Shown one piece after another: positions 35,844 to 50,200 of a stretch of 64,000 bases of DNA. Below the pieces are notes generated by a model. That model did no database searches and was not told where the DNA came from. It saw only the letters and a list, made by a program, of their open reading frames with translations. A program made the position numbers and the translations under genes. Positions within the stretch are counted from its first letter, which is position 1. Every line of letters begins with the position of its first letter. Origin of the DNA: Octopus sinensis (taxonomy: Eukaryota); the NCBI RefSeq assembly GCF_006345805.1, contig NC_042999.1:103292001-103356000 (forward strand), read 5' to 3'.

Positions 35844-36689
35844 ATATATATATATACCTGTATATATATATACACACACACACACACACATATATATATA
35901 TGTATATGTGTGTGTATGTGCGTGCTTATGCATGTGTGTGTGTGTGTGTTTTTATAATTGGGTTCTAGTTCTCTATCGTTCGGTTTCTGTAACTTAATGA
36001 CAAATTCTGTCCGTAGTTTTTTCCCACTACTTTTCCTCGCCTCTTTCTATTTCTTTCGAAAATACAGAAAAACACACGGTCCCCTACAACCACCACCACC
36101 ACCACACACACATACGCACACTGCCTTTCTTCCCTACTATCTATAATTCTCGTTCCCTTTCAGTCTTATTTCTCCCACGTTATGTTCCTTCCTACTCATA
36201 TCCTCGCTCTTATGCAATCTTAGTCTTTTATTACTCACATTTGTTCACTTGTTACAATTTTCCATTGATTCAATTCAGTTTTTATGTTCCTTCCGATTTT
36301 CAACCCCACGCTTCTCTCTCTTTTATTGTCACTGTCTTTTACAATTTCTTCCTCGTCATTCATTTCCATTTTCTATGGATTTTCTCCCCACACTGCTTTC
36401 CTTATATTTTTTACTTTTTCGGAAGGGTTTTTCCAATTTTTTTTTTAATAATTAATGCTTTATTTCACTTTGTTGCGGCAATAATACTTGCTCAATAGAT
36501 ATTTCGCATAATCCAACGGAACGAACGTAGAATTTAGCCATCTGATGAAATACATTGGAATTGTTTACCTTAAATAGTCCCAAGTTATTCCATATCATTC
36601 TATGCAGTTAACCATAAGATGGAATATACTAGAGTGCTTGAACGATACCTGCATGGATCTATTATCCCTATATATATATATATACAGAC

Positions 36690-36830
36690 ACGAGAAAGCA
36701 CATTAATACAAAAGAAGGTGGAAAAATATACTCGAATACCGAAAATTGGGTAATATACTTTTTTATTACAGCTGCAAAAACATCACAAAACTGTTTTGTG
36801 ATAATTTGCGGCTTAATAATGAAAAAAAAC
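36690..36830 (+). mobile_element. Truncated relative of the 21069-21300 PLE-like remnant, in (TA)n
   Basis: AAGGTGGAAAAA..TACTCRAATACC...GTAATAT shared; (TA)n on both sides. Confidence 0.5.
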
Positions 36831-36884
<54 letters not shown>

Positions 36885-36887
<3 letters not shown>

Positions 36888-37222
36888 CGCAGGAATGGTT
36901 GTGTAGTAAGTAGCTTGTTTATCAACCACATGGTTCCGGGTTAAGACCTATTGCGTGGCACCATGGGCAAGTGTCTTCAATTACGGCCTCAGGCCGACCA
37001 AAGCCTTGTGAGTGGATAAGGCGGAAACTGAAAGAAGTTTGTGTGCGTTCGCGTTTGTCCCCCATTATCGCTTGACAACCGATGTTGCTGTTTTTACGAC
37101 CCCTTAACTTAGTGGTTCGGCAAAATAGAGACCGATCGAATAAATACTAGGTTTACAAAGAATAAATTCTGGGGTCGATTTGTTCGACTAAAGCGGTGCT
37201 CTAGTATTGCTGCAGTCAAATG
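36885..37222 (+). mobile_element. SINE (family of 34750-35260), with tRNA-like head
   Basis: GGCGCAGGAATGGTTGTGTAGTAAG head; body and tail match 34750-35260. Confidence 0.8.
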
Positions 37223-38080
37223 ACTCAAACAAATAAAAGAATCTTTTCCTTTGAGATCAATTCCATCTCAATCACAGATTTTTAAACTAATTTTTTAAAA
37301 TAAACAGTTTGAAACTTCGAAAACTGGTAGAATTTTTCATGTAGAACATAGTTAACTCTGAACGCTTTTGACAAAGTTTGGTATTTTAGAAGCTATTTCG
37401 TGTTAAATTTGTCGTATTTGGGTAATTTCAACCAATCAATGACGTGTATTCGGTTGAAGAAGTGGAGAAGATGAAGGAGGAGGAGGTGGAGAATATGAAA
37501 AAGAAGAAGAAGAAGGAGAAGAAAATACGGGAGTGGCAACACCCAGTAGTAAATGCTGTCAAGCGGCCTCACAGTGACCTGTTGTGGTTGTAGCAGCTGT
37601 AGTAGTGTGGATTGTTTTAAATAAATTCGTTGGTAGCGATTGTTCTAAATATATCTATCGTTTTTAATATTTCCGTGGGTATTATTTCTAGATCCTTGTA
37701 GTAGTGTCATCTGTGGTGGAAACATTCAAAAGAGGTTTATATTTTCAATAAAATAATTCTTTGCTAATGCACTGCATTGTCCCTAAATTTATACAGGAAA
37801 AATTCTAAAGTTGGGTTGTTCATTAGTGGCGCGAATGTCCATGTGTTCACTTAGTGCTATTTTTCTGTATTCTCGTATTTTAATCTGGGATGTATGTACG
37901 GTCATCCTCTGGCGTAGACTGATCTTAGTTTGACCAATGTATTGCTCTCGACACTGAGCAAGTCAACATGTATATCAGGTTTCCCGGAGCACATGTAAAA
38001 CGTTGACCATGTTTGAAGGAGAACACCGATCTCTCAATTAGGTTGACGCAGATACCACAGTTAGATCTTCCGCATTATAT

Positions 38081-38137
<57 letters not shown>

Positions 38138-38156
38138 ATATATATATATATATATG

Positions 38157-38214
<58 letters not shown>

Positions 38215-38256
38215 TTATTTATTTACATATATATATGAAATACACATATATACATT

Positions 38257-38323
<67 letters not shown>

Positions 38324-38689
38324 ATATATATATTAAAGCCCCAGAAAATGAAGAACAAACACAAGAAAAAACAACAACGCGAGGACGTTAGCTATTCGAG
38401 AAACTGCTCGTTAAATGTAAACATCAATCTTAAATACGTGATGTTTTCTTTTTTTATATTTGCTATGATTGACTAAACGCCTCGTGAGAGTTGCTTGAGC
38501 ATGGCTACATTCCAATGACTGAAAATAAAAATCAAACAAGTGTAGGAGAAGTGAATATACATATGATATATATTGTATATCATAATACTTTATAGAAGAC
38601 GCCCGAAGTTGAGAAAGGTACCATGAGACACGCTGGACGAGTCGAAACAGTAACACATTTGAACGTTGTATATCAGCATTAATAATCCT

Positions 38690-39310
38690 TTCTGTTATAG
38701 GCACAATGCCTGAAATTCCGGGGGCGGGAACCAGTCAATTGCATCGACCCAAATACGCAACTGGTACTTTTTTTATCGACTCCGAAACCAGAAGACAAAG
38801 TCGACCTCAGCAGATTTTGAACTCAGAACATGAAAACAGACGAAATACCTATTTCTTTACTACCCACAAGGGGCTAAACACAGAGAGGACAAACAAGGAC
38901 AGACAAACGGATTAAGTCGATTATATCGACCCCAGTGAGAAACTGGTACTTATTTAATCGACCCCGAAAGGATGAAAGGCAATGTCGACCTCGGCGGAAT
39001 TTGAACTGAGAACTTAACGGCAGACGGAATACGGCTACGCATTTCGCCCGGCGTGCTAAGGATTCTGCCACTCGCCGCCGTATATATCAGCTTTAATAAT
39101 CCTTTCTACTAAAGGTACAAGGACTGAAATTTTGGGAGAGAGGATTAGTCGATTACATCGACCCCAGTGTTTCACTGATACTTAATTTATCGACTCCGAG
39201 GAATGAAAGGTAAAGTCGACCTAGGCGGACTTTGAACTCAGAACGTAGCAACTGGCGAAATAACGTTAAGCATTTCGCCCAGTGTGACGATTCTGTGAGC
39301 TCGCTGCATG
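38690..39310 (-). mobile_element. Nin-domain-like SINEs (dimer plus monomer)
   Basis: Same core; junction AGACGAAATACC-TATTTCTTTAC at ~38840. Confidence 0.85.
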
Positions 39311-42182
39311 CCTATAAAACATTAATAATAATAATTTTATTTGAATTCATTTATACCATGGATATTCTCCTTCATTTGCCTTGTCTTTCTTACGTCAGAC
39401 TAAGTTTGCGTGTGTTTGTGTGTGTGTATGTGTGTGTTCGTGTGTGTGTGTGTGTGCGCGTGTGTTTGCGTGTACGTTCCAAAGCATTGGGTGTTACGCA
39501 CATGTACTCGTTTGCTGTTTCTGGACTAGCATCTGTGAATATGCACCACTCGACGACTCACGTTGAGTGAATGAAAAACTTTTACTCAAGTGGTTGAGAT
39601 GCATTTGCATTACTCTTTATAAACAGATCAATTATTAGTTCATCAATATTTCGTATAAGAAGGAAAGCATTTTACAATCATTTCTTTTCCCTTTTTTGTT
39701 CATATTATTTTTATCTTTATAGGTAGGCATGCGACTGAAGCTGTTACATTTTTTGTATTTTTAAATTTTTCTATTACTTACTACTTCCAAATGTATGTTC
39801 CAGCATGAATTAATGGAACAGTAGTGGATTGATTAATCTCATTATTCACGTAATTGCCTCCGTTTTAAATTACAAGGATGGAAAATGTAATTTTGAAGAG
39901 GCAGAGAAACGTAATTAGTTTTAAATAAAAATAATGACATATTGTAGCATTCATAAATTTCCTAAGAGTCTTAGTAAACTACATGAGTTAAAATAGTATA
40001 ATATTCTTGGCTTCATAATGACCTAACTCTTTCTAATGACTTAACTCCACCAGCAATTTTGAATTCACAAAATCAATGGGCTGTCGGACAAAATGCTTTG
40101 AGGCCAATTTTACTTTCATCCTTTTGAGGAGATAAAAGAAGTACTGATGTTGATATAATTAGCTCTGCTTTACCACAAAATTTGCCTTAATTCGCCTATG
40201 TAAGAAATGATTAATATTTACACGAATAAGAAACATGTTGTTTGAAGTAATTTAGTGCTAGACAAAGATGTCTTGTGATATCCAGTCAATATTTACGGTG
40301 TGTGTCCAAGTCTCAAGAACGTGGTCCATGTATTTAATTGTGGTCGTAGACGATTCATGATTTCGTTTCGAATGCTGATAATAGATGTATCATTTCATTT
40401 ATATCTGTAACCTGCTTGGGAATTATTTCAATACATAATGCATAAATGCCATACTATTACATTCCTGATTTTCTATTATAAGAGTTATAAAATGGCGCTC
40501 CCTTCTCGTTAGTATGGAATCAAATCTCATTTCCAAAATGCTTCGTTTGTGTTTTAAGAAAAAATGCTGAAACGAAGGAAAGAAGTTATAGTTTACACCA
40601 GACTACCCGTAAAACTGAAGGGCAATTCTAATGTTTCCGACTATTGTTCGGAGAAGAAATGGTGAGAAACCATTCAGTAATAGAGAAACAAGACTGAGAG
40701 ACTTAGAGGTACAAAAACTATGATGTATAGCATAAGCACAATGCTAGATGTATCATATCATTAATCAAGTTATTTGTTGACTGATACTAATCTACGGAGA
40801 ATTGAAAAGCCAAGTCAAAATTCGTAAGACTTGAACTCAAAATATAAAGTTATGTAGCTATAGTAATGCTGCTTTTTAAAACAGTTCTCTAGCGATTCTG
40901 ACATCCACTGCCTTCAAAAAATAATAATCTTAGAGCTGCAACAGACCGTTAGGCAATAAAATACAAACAGTAAAATATATTAAAAACCATATTTATATAT
41001 TGAAGCTATTTACTAAGATTGGAGATCAAAGCGCCTCTTTTGTGAAAATATTTTATGGGTTTAGTGAAGACATAGGAATGGAATTTTGGATTAGAAATTG
41101 GAGATGTTTGACAATGAATATATGGAAAATAGGAGAAATAATAAAAGTAGAGAAAGGAATTTAATAAAGCTGGGTAGGAGCAATAGCAATAAATATCAAG
41201 GAATTTCGTTGTTGCGTGATATATATAAAAAAAACTAGTATGCAGGAAAATAATATTTAAGGAGAACGATACAAGTGCTGAATAGTAAAAATGAGGTTGT
41301 CATTTGAATCATTCAGGTAATATTTCTGCTGTAGTATAGTAAAGATCTCCTACAGTGAAATAATAGTGAGCAGATAGAAATTTTAGATAAGAAGACATTA
41401 AAATAATTGAATAGATGGAGCATCATTTTACAAAAGCAATGCCAAAAGCTCTAATATATTCTGTATTGCAAGAACTTAATTACTCCCATCGGTAACCAAC
41501 GCCGGTTGTACTCACCACTGAAGATGTAATCGCTGCCACAAGCAAACAACAGTTTGGAGTATGTGAAAGTAGACAACAGGGGGTGATGAAAACCTCTCTG
41601 AATCATTTTGTAAGTCAAGTCTGTCTTGCAGATGTCACAAAGATATATCACCATAAGAAAAAATTGGTACTGAGTCTGTTGGATAAACGTATGTTACTTT
41701 TACTGCGTAGAAATAGAAATAGAAATGAAACTAACGAGATAAAACTTCAGATGAACTGAATTTTGAGGACTCGATATAACATCCATCATGTTTTCTGATG
41801 CATAGCCTCTTGTCTTTCAGGCAATATATTTTGTTTCAGTTTATTTATTTATTTTTTCAAAAACTGCTTTCATATTCTACCAAGCTGCCTAGCTGATTTT
41901 TATTTAACTCCAGGTCATGTCTTACTGAACAAGACTAATATGAAAATGTATTTGGATTGAACAAGACTAAAATAAGAAAGAATTGGGATTGATCTTCTTA
42001 TTTGTCATATTTGTTCTGTATTGGCTTTGTTTCTGGATTAACTGTAACATGACAAACTTAGAACAATGAAATTATAAAAGAAATTGGATAAACTATGATA
42101 GGATAATGGTATGCATAAACAGGCTCTAATATAAATACGAATTATCGTTCCCTGTATGCATTCATGTAAAATTCCTTCGATA

Positions 42183-42308
<126 letters not shown>

Positions 42309-43488
42309 AGAGCTGGATTTAACAAAGGAACAAAGCTTCATCACTGGCAGTTGTATGACAACAACATGTCATGATACAAGGGATGTAGGAAAATAATGGG
42401 ATTTAGAAAAACATTTCCTATTTTTGCACTATTCTGCTTATAGTGTCTATCTGGAAAGTGGCCAAAAAGCCACTGTTTTGTCCCAAAATCCTATCTTTGT
42501 CGCTGAACAAAGTATACCCATAATTATTCGCATAAATATGAATTTATATATCAGGTTAGCGGATGTGCATGTTTTGAAACTGCTGCCTAGTCTATATATA
42601 TTCTCCTTCTCTGTGATTTTGGATGAGATGCTGATATACACAGGGCAGCAAAACTCTATGGCTATACATGCTTATTTTTTCCGGTTCAAATAGTTTTGTC
42701 AAGTCTGTTAAGAGTTTCGGTGGAAATGTGCCATCTCCATAGCTTGTGTTGATACGTATATATTCACAACCACCAGCGTTGTGTATATTTTTTTATCCCA
42801 GAGCAATTTTCTTTTGTAGATGGCATAGTGTACTGTTGTAACAATAACACCATATTGTAAGAGGAGATAGTAACTCCATGGCCTTTCTTGATAGTTACTG
42901 ATTACCTATGCTACATTGGGAGTTTATGACTAAGTATGTGTAGCACACATTGTAAATAATGGTGGAGATAGAAAGACCTTTGATACAAAGGTTTGGGGTT
43001 CGAGAAAGTGTTGTTTCGCATTCTATTGTCAAATATGAAAATTTCTTTCCGCCAAACTCCATCACTCTGTCATCTATTTCTCATTGTAGGTATTGCGTAC
43101 ATATATGCATGCATGAATTTTTGCATTATTTGTATGTATGTATGTATGTATGTATGTATGTATGTATGTATGTATGTATGTATGTATGTATGTATGTATG
43201 TATGTATGCATGCATGTTTATGTACGTGTGTGTGTTTTTTTCGTTGTTTTTCTTGTTTTTTTTCGAATTTCCCACCGATGGAAGAAATGCCAAAGCATGA
43301 ATCTTTAATTGGAATTTAGATAACATAAGGTAAGGTAGTACTTTATGTATTTTGTATGCATGTGTGCATGTATGTATATATTTAAATATGTGTCTATATA
43401 TATATATATGCATATAAGCATTTAAATATATACATGCTCACATGTATTCATATATAGGTGCGTGTGTGTTCGTGTATCTATATGTATG

Positions 43489-43533
<45 letters not shown>

Positions 43534-44004
43534 GTATGTGCACGTGAACACGTGAACATAGGCATGGGTAGCATATGAACTTATTACACACTGAGCTCCA
43601 TGAATAATTCCCATGTCTGTAAGAAGCTCGGGCATCTCCTAGCTATAACTTGCTGATTAGGCGTGCTCCGTTTGGTCTTGTAAATCCCATTAATAATAGG
43701 GTACCGAGGTAGTTACATAGTCAAGTGCACCAGTAATTATTCATAGTAACCAAAAGTTATAGCCCAGAGGGAATGGCTGCAAATTTCTTATCATTTTGAC
43801 ACAATGATTCTTTATCTTTCTAGCTTTTAACATTATGTTGCCATCTACTGGGCGATTAATTTGTACTTATTTTCATAGTTTCTTTTCCCAGTTCCAGATC
43901 TTTATGTCTGGCCTAATGTTCTTACAATTTGATGAAGTATTAACAAAAGCATTTTACAATTATTCTTTCGAATTATGTATGCATGTGTGTGATTCTGCAA
44001 GCGC

Positions 44005-44068
44005 AGGAAGCCTGATTACCAACCACATGGATCCGGGTTCAGTAGACGGAAACTGAAAGAAGCCTGTC

Positions 44069-44114
<46 letters not shown>

Positions 44115-44335
44115 ACGAATGTATGTATATGTTTTTGCGTGTCTGTGTTTGTCCCTCCCCCTACCATCGCTTGACAACCGATGTTGGTGCGTTTACGTTC
44201 CCGTAACTTAGCGGTTCGGCAAAAAATAAATACTAGGCTTACAAAGAATAAGTCCTGGGGGAATTTTTTCGAATAAAGGCGGTGCTCCAGCATGGCCGCA
44301 GTGAAATGACTGGAACAAATAAAAGAATAAAAGAA
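44005..44335 (+). mobile_element. SINE (family of 34750-35260) with internal deletion
   Basis: CCAACCACATGG..CCGGGTTCAGT joined directly to AGACGGAAACTGAAAGAAG; same 3' end. Confidence 0.8.
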
Positions 44336-44384
44336 TACGTACATACGTATGTATACATGTTTGTATTTATGTATGTGTGCATGC

Positions 44385-44425
<41 letters not shown>

Positions 44426-45385
44426 TGTATGTATGTATGTATGTATGTATGTATGTATGTATGTATGTATGTATGTATATGGTATGTTTTCACGTTGTAG
44501 CTTTAAGAGAGAATGTAATACTATTATGGAGTAAATTATATTGCGTATATATGAAGGCTCAAATCATCAAACTAACTAGTTTTATCTTGGCCAAGAATTG
44601 ACAAACTTATGTTTCTGTGTATGTGTGTACGTGTGTGTATGTGCAGAAAGAGAGACAAATGCAGAGACAGACAGACAGAGACAGAGAAATATATAGGGAA
44701 ACAAATATACAGTGAGGCAGATTGACAGACAGACAAATCAAATAAGAGAGCGATAGAGAGAAATCTCGTCGATTTCAACTGGTAACATGAATGCACTTTT
44801 GTCTCTCCTTTTCTTTTTGGCGCACCGCCTCTCTCTTTCGCAACAGACGTCAGCGTAACTCATATTCTTCATTACTTTGTCCATATATCACAGAATATAC
44901 ATACAGCATTGCAAAAAGTATCCATTAATTCTAATATTACAGTACAGTGTTTTATTCTTGGATCTGTGAAGCAGACAAAATCAATGCATCAATGCATCAA
45001 AGCTAAAAATAACTTTGGAACGGAAAATAAATTAAATCCAATGAATGCTTTAAAGACATTACATAAAACAATAACTAATATAACATTTTAAAATTGTTTA
45101 CGTATCAAGAAGTTAAAGATGGTGAAATTCTTTGTTGTTATTCGCGAGGTTGTATGTATAGACGTATATAAGTTCTTTATTTGATTTGTCATTTCTAAGA
45201 ATTTGTTCATTGTAAAATCATTCGTAATACTATTTTTGTTAAACGGAGGCGCAATAGAAATGCCAATTCTGTTGTGTGGCGTTGAAAATATATTTACTTC
45301 ATTATAAAGTTCGAATCTCATAGAGCTTACTGTGGCTGTCATTTCTCTCTCAAGCGTGTTATATAAAACATAATCACTCTTACTA

Positions 45386-46664
45386 CGAGGGGCGTTCAAT
45401 AAGTAATGCCCCTGACCCACTTCCCATAGAAGTAGAGCAACGAAACTTGGCACATTTATTAGTCTTTTTCTACATAGGAACCACCCAGAGTTACGCATTT
45501 CTCCCATTGTTTGATGCAGCTCTGGAGACCGTTTTTGTAGAAGACCCCAGCTTGGTCCTCCAACCTGAACGTGACTTCAGAAATCAAGGCTGCATCATCT
45601 GGGAAACGCTTTCCTTTCAAAAACAACTTCATGACTGGGAAGAGGTGAAAATCAGAGGGTGCAAGGTGAGGAAAGTAGGGGGATGGGGGAGGAGTTCATA
45701 GCCATACGCCTGTGCTTCTGATCTGGCGACAAGCGAGTTGTGGACCGGAGCGTTGTCCTGCAGGAGGAGGATGCCTTTGCTGATCTTGCCCCGCCTCTTG
45801 ATTTTGATAACTTCTCTTAATTTCCTCAAAAGTGAAGCATAATAGGCTCCTGCAATTGTGGTACCCTTTTCCAGGAAATCTGTCATCACTACTCCGTCCT
45901 GGTCCCAGAAGACTGTGAGCATGACCTTGCCAGCGGAGGGCTGCACCCTTGCCTTCTTTGGAGTGGGTGAGTCACGGTGCTTCCACTGCATTGACTGGGC
46001 TTTGGTCTCTGAATCATCGTGATGGACCCAGGTGTCATCCTGTGTAGTCAGTCTTTTGAAAAATTTTGACTCATCTTCTTGGCACATCTCCAAATTCACC
46101 CTCGAGCACTCGACGCGTTCTTGCTTCTGGAAAGGCGTGAGCAACCTGGGAATCCATCTGGCAGACACCTTTTGCATATGCAAATGGTCATGAATGATAG
46201 TTTCCACAGACCCGGTACTAATCTTGACCTCATGGGCTATTTGGCGAATAATTATGCGTCGATCTTCCAAAATGGCAGCCTCAACTTGACGGACAGATGC
46301 CTCATCAATGGCAGAAGGGGCGACCAGATCTGGGAGCTGTTTCCACAGAGTTCCGACCATGTTTGAATTCACGATGCCAGCGTTTTACAAGGTCATATGA
46401 TGGGGCATCATCACCATAAGTTACTTTCATTTCATCAAAAGTCTCCCGTGGTGTGCGTCCTTTCAAATACAAAAACCGGATCACTGCTCGACACTCAACA
46501 GGCTCCATTTCACACTTGACTCGGTTCAAACACCTGTAAATCAGAAACCACAATTAATTCAGAGCTGTAATTCGCCACTTACTCTATAGAGATATAAATG
46601 ATTGCACATGCAAAATCAAACAAATGCAAGTGGGTCAGAGGCATTACTTATTGAACGTCCCTCG
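45386..46664 (-). mobile_element. Full-length mariner (DD34D), irritans/Himar1-like
   Basis: 37-bp TIRs CGAGGGRCGTTCAATAAGTAATGCCYCTGACCCACTT (2 mismatches); TA on both sides (45384-85, 46665-66); 1279 bp. Confidence 0.95.
45459..46508 (-). pseudogene. Mariner transposase with two frameshifts
   Basis: MEPVECRAVIRFL...RSGRP | ...WIPRLL...TQDDTW...QDNAPVH...HPP | YFPHLAPSDF...KCVTLGGSYVEKD*. 34 residues lie between the 2nd and 3rd catalytic D. Confidence 0.92.
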
Positions 46665-47771
46665 TATATCATACTACCACCGATACAAATAACATAAAGC
46701 CTTGCGACGGTTCATAGTCCCCCCATAGCGTTTTATCCATGACTTATTTTTTTGTTGTTTTGCAAAAATGTGTTCTGAATGAGAATAATTATCATCATCG
46801 TCATCCCAATCTTTATTTCATGAGGTTTATCCACGACTACTTTGTTCAATACATTTTCTATTTCTTAAGGCACTGGACAATTTAATGATTTGTGTTTCAT
46901 TTGTTGTTATTTCTAGCGGGTTCAAAAACTAAATCTTATTTAGAGCTATAGCACCATATACAGAGGCGTAGTAGAGAAAGGTAGTGCTTTGGAATATTTT
47001 TCTTTTGGTAACGATAAAATCCGTTTTCATATGACCTGCTTGGCTCTGCTTAATTATTTGCCTTTTTATTAATGACGTTTCACGTACCTGCTTAATATTG
47101 CAACTACGTTGCCGCTGCTTAATATTTCCAGAATCCATTAATTGAAAGCCTATTCAAAAGACTTCTTTATCTCATCAAGGACTAGCATAGATGTTTCGTT
47201 ATCAATCTGCAGTATTCAGTTATAGCTCTATTTATCAGTAATTTTTCTGTACAAACACTCTTTGAAACATAACTTCTGTACACCTGGAGGTAAGACTTTT
47301 TGCCTTACAATATTTTTCGGCACCTTAACTTCTGTGTTCAAATTCTACTGCGATCAGCTTCACTGGTCTTCCTTCCAGTACCGGGATCGAAGGTATTGAC
47401 AATCCCATACACTCGAAATTGTAGGCTTTCTTTCTACATTAAAAACACTTCTTTTTATTGTTCATGTACTAAATCTTAAAACTAAGATTATGTACCTTTT
47501 GGCAACCATAAATCAATGTCTTTCAATTTAACGAAAATCTTAACGGAAATACTCAATTGCTGGCAAAAATGTCTTCGGCTGACAAAAAAGTTTAGATCAG
47601 AGCAAAAAAGGAAAAGCAAATATTGTGTGAGAATGCCTTAACAATATTTACGGATGCTAACATTACTATTTCCTGGAAGAAGATTTGTCTATCCAAACAG
47701 CATTTCTTTACGGAACCAATTTTGTATCATTCCGTCTGCACCAATTACAAATGAAAGGATAAACAAGTTCC

Positions 47772-48889
47772 GGATCTTTTCTTTTCGATGGACGGAATTT
47801 TCTAGTTAACTAAAAAATTTGAAACTTCGTATACTGGTAGAATGTGTCAAAAGAAAACATTATTGTAAACAAAATTGAAAACAAAATTGTAATTTGTAAC
47901 TTTAACGTAGTTTAATTCTTCGAATTTTAACCAATGAAATCCCAGCATCTTCGAATTTTAACCAATGAAATCCGAGCATTTGAGCTCAAATCATTTGCTG
48001 CGTTATCGATATTGATAAAGAAACATAGCAGACGCATGCCGGATACACACACACACATATTCAGATACATACACACGTACACTTACACACGCACACACTC
48101 TCTGTCACTATCTCTCTCTCTCTCTCTCTCAAACACATGCATATACATTTGCACAAGCACAGAGTAATTAATATATAAGCGTACACACACATACAAACGG
48201 ACATATACATACACACACATACGCACACAAGCATACATACACTTCGTGAGTTGCCCCTTGCCGCAACATATTTACACAAAAGGTAAATAAACCAGAAGGC
48301 GGGGGTTCATCGTTTCGGGGTCGATAAATTAAGTACCAATTACACACTGGTGACGAGGATTTTTTCCCAATTTATATCACAGCTTCCGACAAGCTGGGGC
48401 ATCCTTTTATGAAAAAATATTTCGCAAATTTTTACAATACGACTCACACTCCACGCGCAAACTCTAGACCGCTTAAGGCATATTATTGTTTTGTTTTTGT
48501 TGTTTCTGGCCCTTCAAAACCATGGGAGAAGCCTTTTCGGTAAAAAAAATAAAGAAAATATTAAAAAAATATCGTTAATATTTTTATTGGGCGACGAAAT
48601 TCATCGATTTAAGAGATATAGCTGTTATTTCTAGCAGAAGACAGAAGAGAGAAGGATGAATAAGACGTGTCTGTGTGTGAGTTTTTAGACGCAGCAAATG
48701 ATTTGAGCTCAAATGCTAGGATTTCATTGGTTAAAATTCGAAGAATTAAACTACGTTAAAGTTACAAATTACAAAATTGGTTTCAATCTTGTTTACAATA
48801 ATGTTTTCTTTTGACACATTCTACCAGTATACGAAGTTTCAAATTGTTTAGTTAACTAGAAAATTCCGTCCATCAAAAAGAAAAGATCC
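47772..48889. mobile_element. Long-TIR MITE with 8-bp target-site duplication (Merlin-like termini)
   Basis: TIRs 47772-48003 and 48689-48889 start with GGATC; CAAGTTCC is duplicated at 47764-47771 and 48890-48897. Confidence 0.8.
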
Positions 48890-49639
48890 CAAGTTCCTTC
48901 TTTGTATGAAAATTATTAATTCCAACAGCCAGGTCGATATCATTCCGTAGATTTTCAGTTGGCTTCTGCACATCATTATAATAATTTGGTATTGTTATAT
49001 CGATAATTAGTGTAATCTCATTATTTCTATGTTGTTTCCACCTTAAATGTGTTATTTGTGGTTTGTTGAACGCAAAGTTTGATAACAGTTTCACTTATTC
49101 ATTTTCTATGACAAGTAAAGGTACACATGAGTCAAAAAATATTTCCCCCCCAAGATATTGAAATTAGATGGCATGTTATATTTAACAGCTTAATTACTGA
49201 TATAATATGGTATAATATTTCAGAAGCTCCTCAAGCCGTGCAACACTTACCAACTATATTCTTTCGGTTGATCTAGGGATGATTATTTGCACCCTTTTTA
49301 TCGTCAATTTGGTTGCTTAACTCTGAAGAGTTTGTTCGTTTAGATCAGAGTCCACCATTGTCGAATTTCTATGCTAAGAGAATATCCGTTTTTGCTTTGG
49401 TTTTGTTTAGTCTTTAGTTGTTTGAAATCCAGTTCCATTTCTTGTGAGAATTTTCTTATTCTGGATATAGTCGATTTACAACATTTTGTTTGAGTATAAT
49501 TAATAAAGATTCTTAATCCTTCTAGTGAGTTGAAAAAGTAGTGAGTTAATTTTAATAACTGCCCTCATAACTTGCACCCTGTCGCTGAATAAACAATATT
49601 TTCACGGAAAATAACAACCTCATCTGTAGAGTGATAGTG

Positions 49640-50200
49640 TAAAGGAAGCGGTTGTGGTTGAGCTTTTTCCCTTTTACTTAGCCACTGTTTACGATGTTTA
49701 ACATTTCAATAGAAGATCTATTTTTCGTCACCAGTTACAAGTCTGTCCAAAAAGGGTGAAATGAGTTCGCGAGAATGGAGAGAAGAGCAGATGTGAACTC
49801 AGGATTTGCGGTGGCTTTCGGACAATTCATGAGGCACCCATTTTCCAAGTTTAGGAACCTTTCCAAGTTGTTGAAGATGAACAATTGTATAGTTTGAACT
49901 AAGCTTTATTGCCAATTCTTCTACTGATAATGCAGGATATTCTTCAAGTAATGCGTCAAGAAGATTATCATCAAACTCAACTGGACATCATGTTCGACCT
50001 TCATCTTCAAGGCTGAAATCTCCACTTCTGAATTTTGCGAACCATCTTCTGCAAGTTCTTTCATTCAAGCATTCTTTCCCATAAACTGAGTGCACGTTTC
50101 GACTCGCTTCGGCTGCAGAGTTTCCTTTTTTGTACTCATAAAGCAATATGTGCCTCAAATGCTCTTTGGATACTTCCATGTTAGAAAGGGTTTTAATCAA
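49640..50200 (-). pseudogene. Mariner transposase N-terminal half (Mos1/Hsmar1-like)
   Basis: MEVSKEHLRHILLYEYKKG...RRWFAKFRSGDFSLEDE; downstream KWVPHELSE...RLVTGDEK with stops. Confidence 0.8.

Noticed and set aside
41500-41620. Possible exon (GTGAGT donor on minus, GTAAGT donor on plus)
   Set aside because: Weak acceptors, ambiguous strand and frame, and no recognisable peptide.
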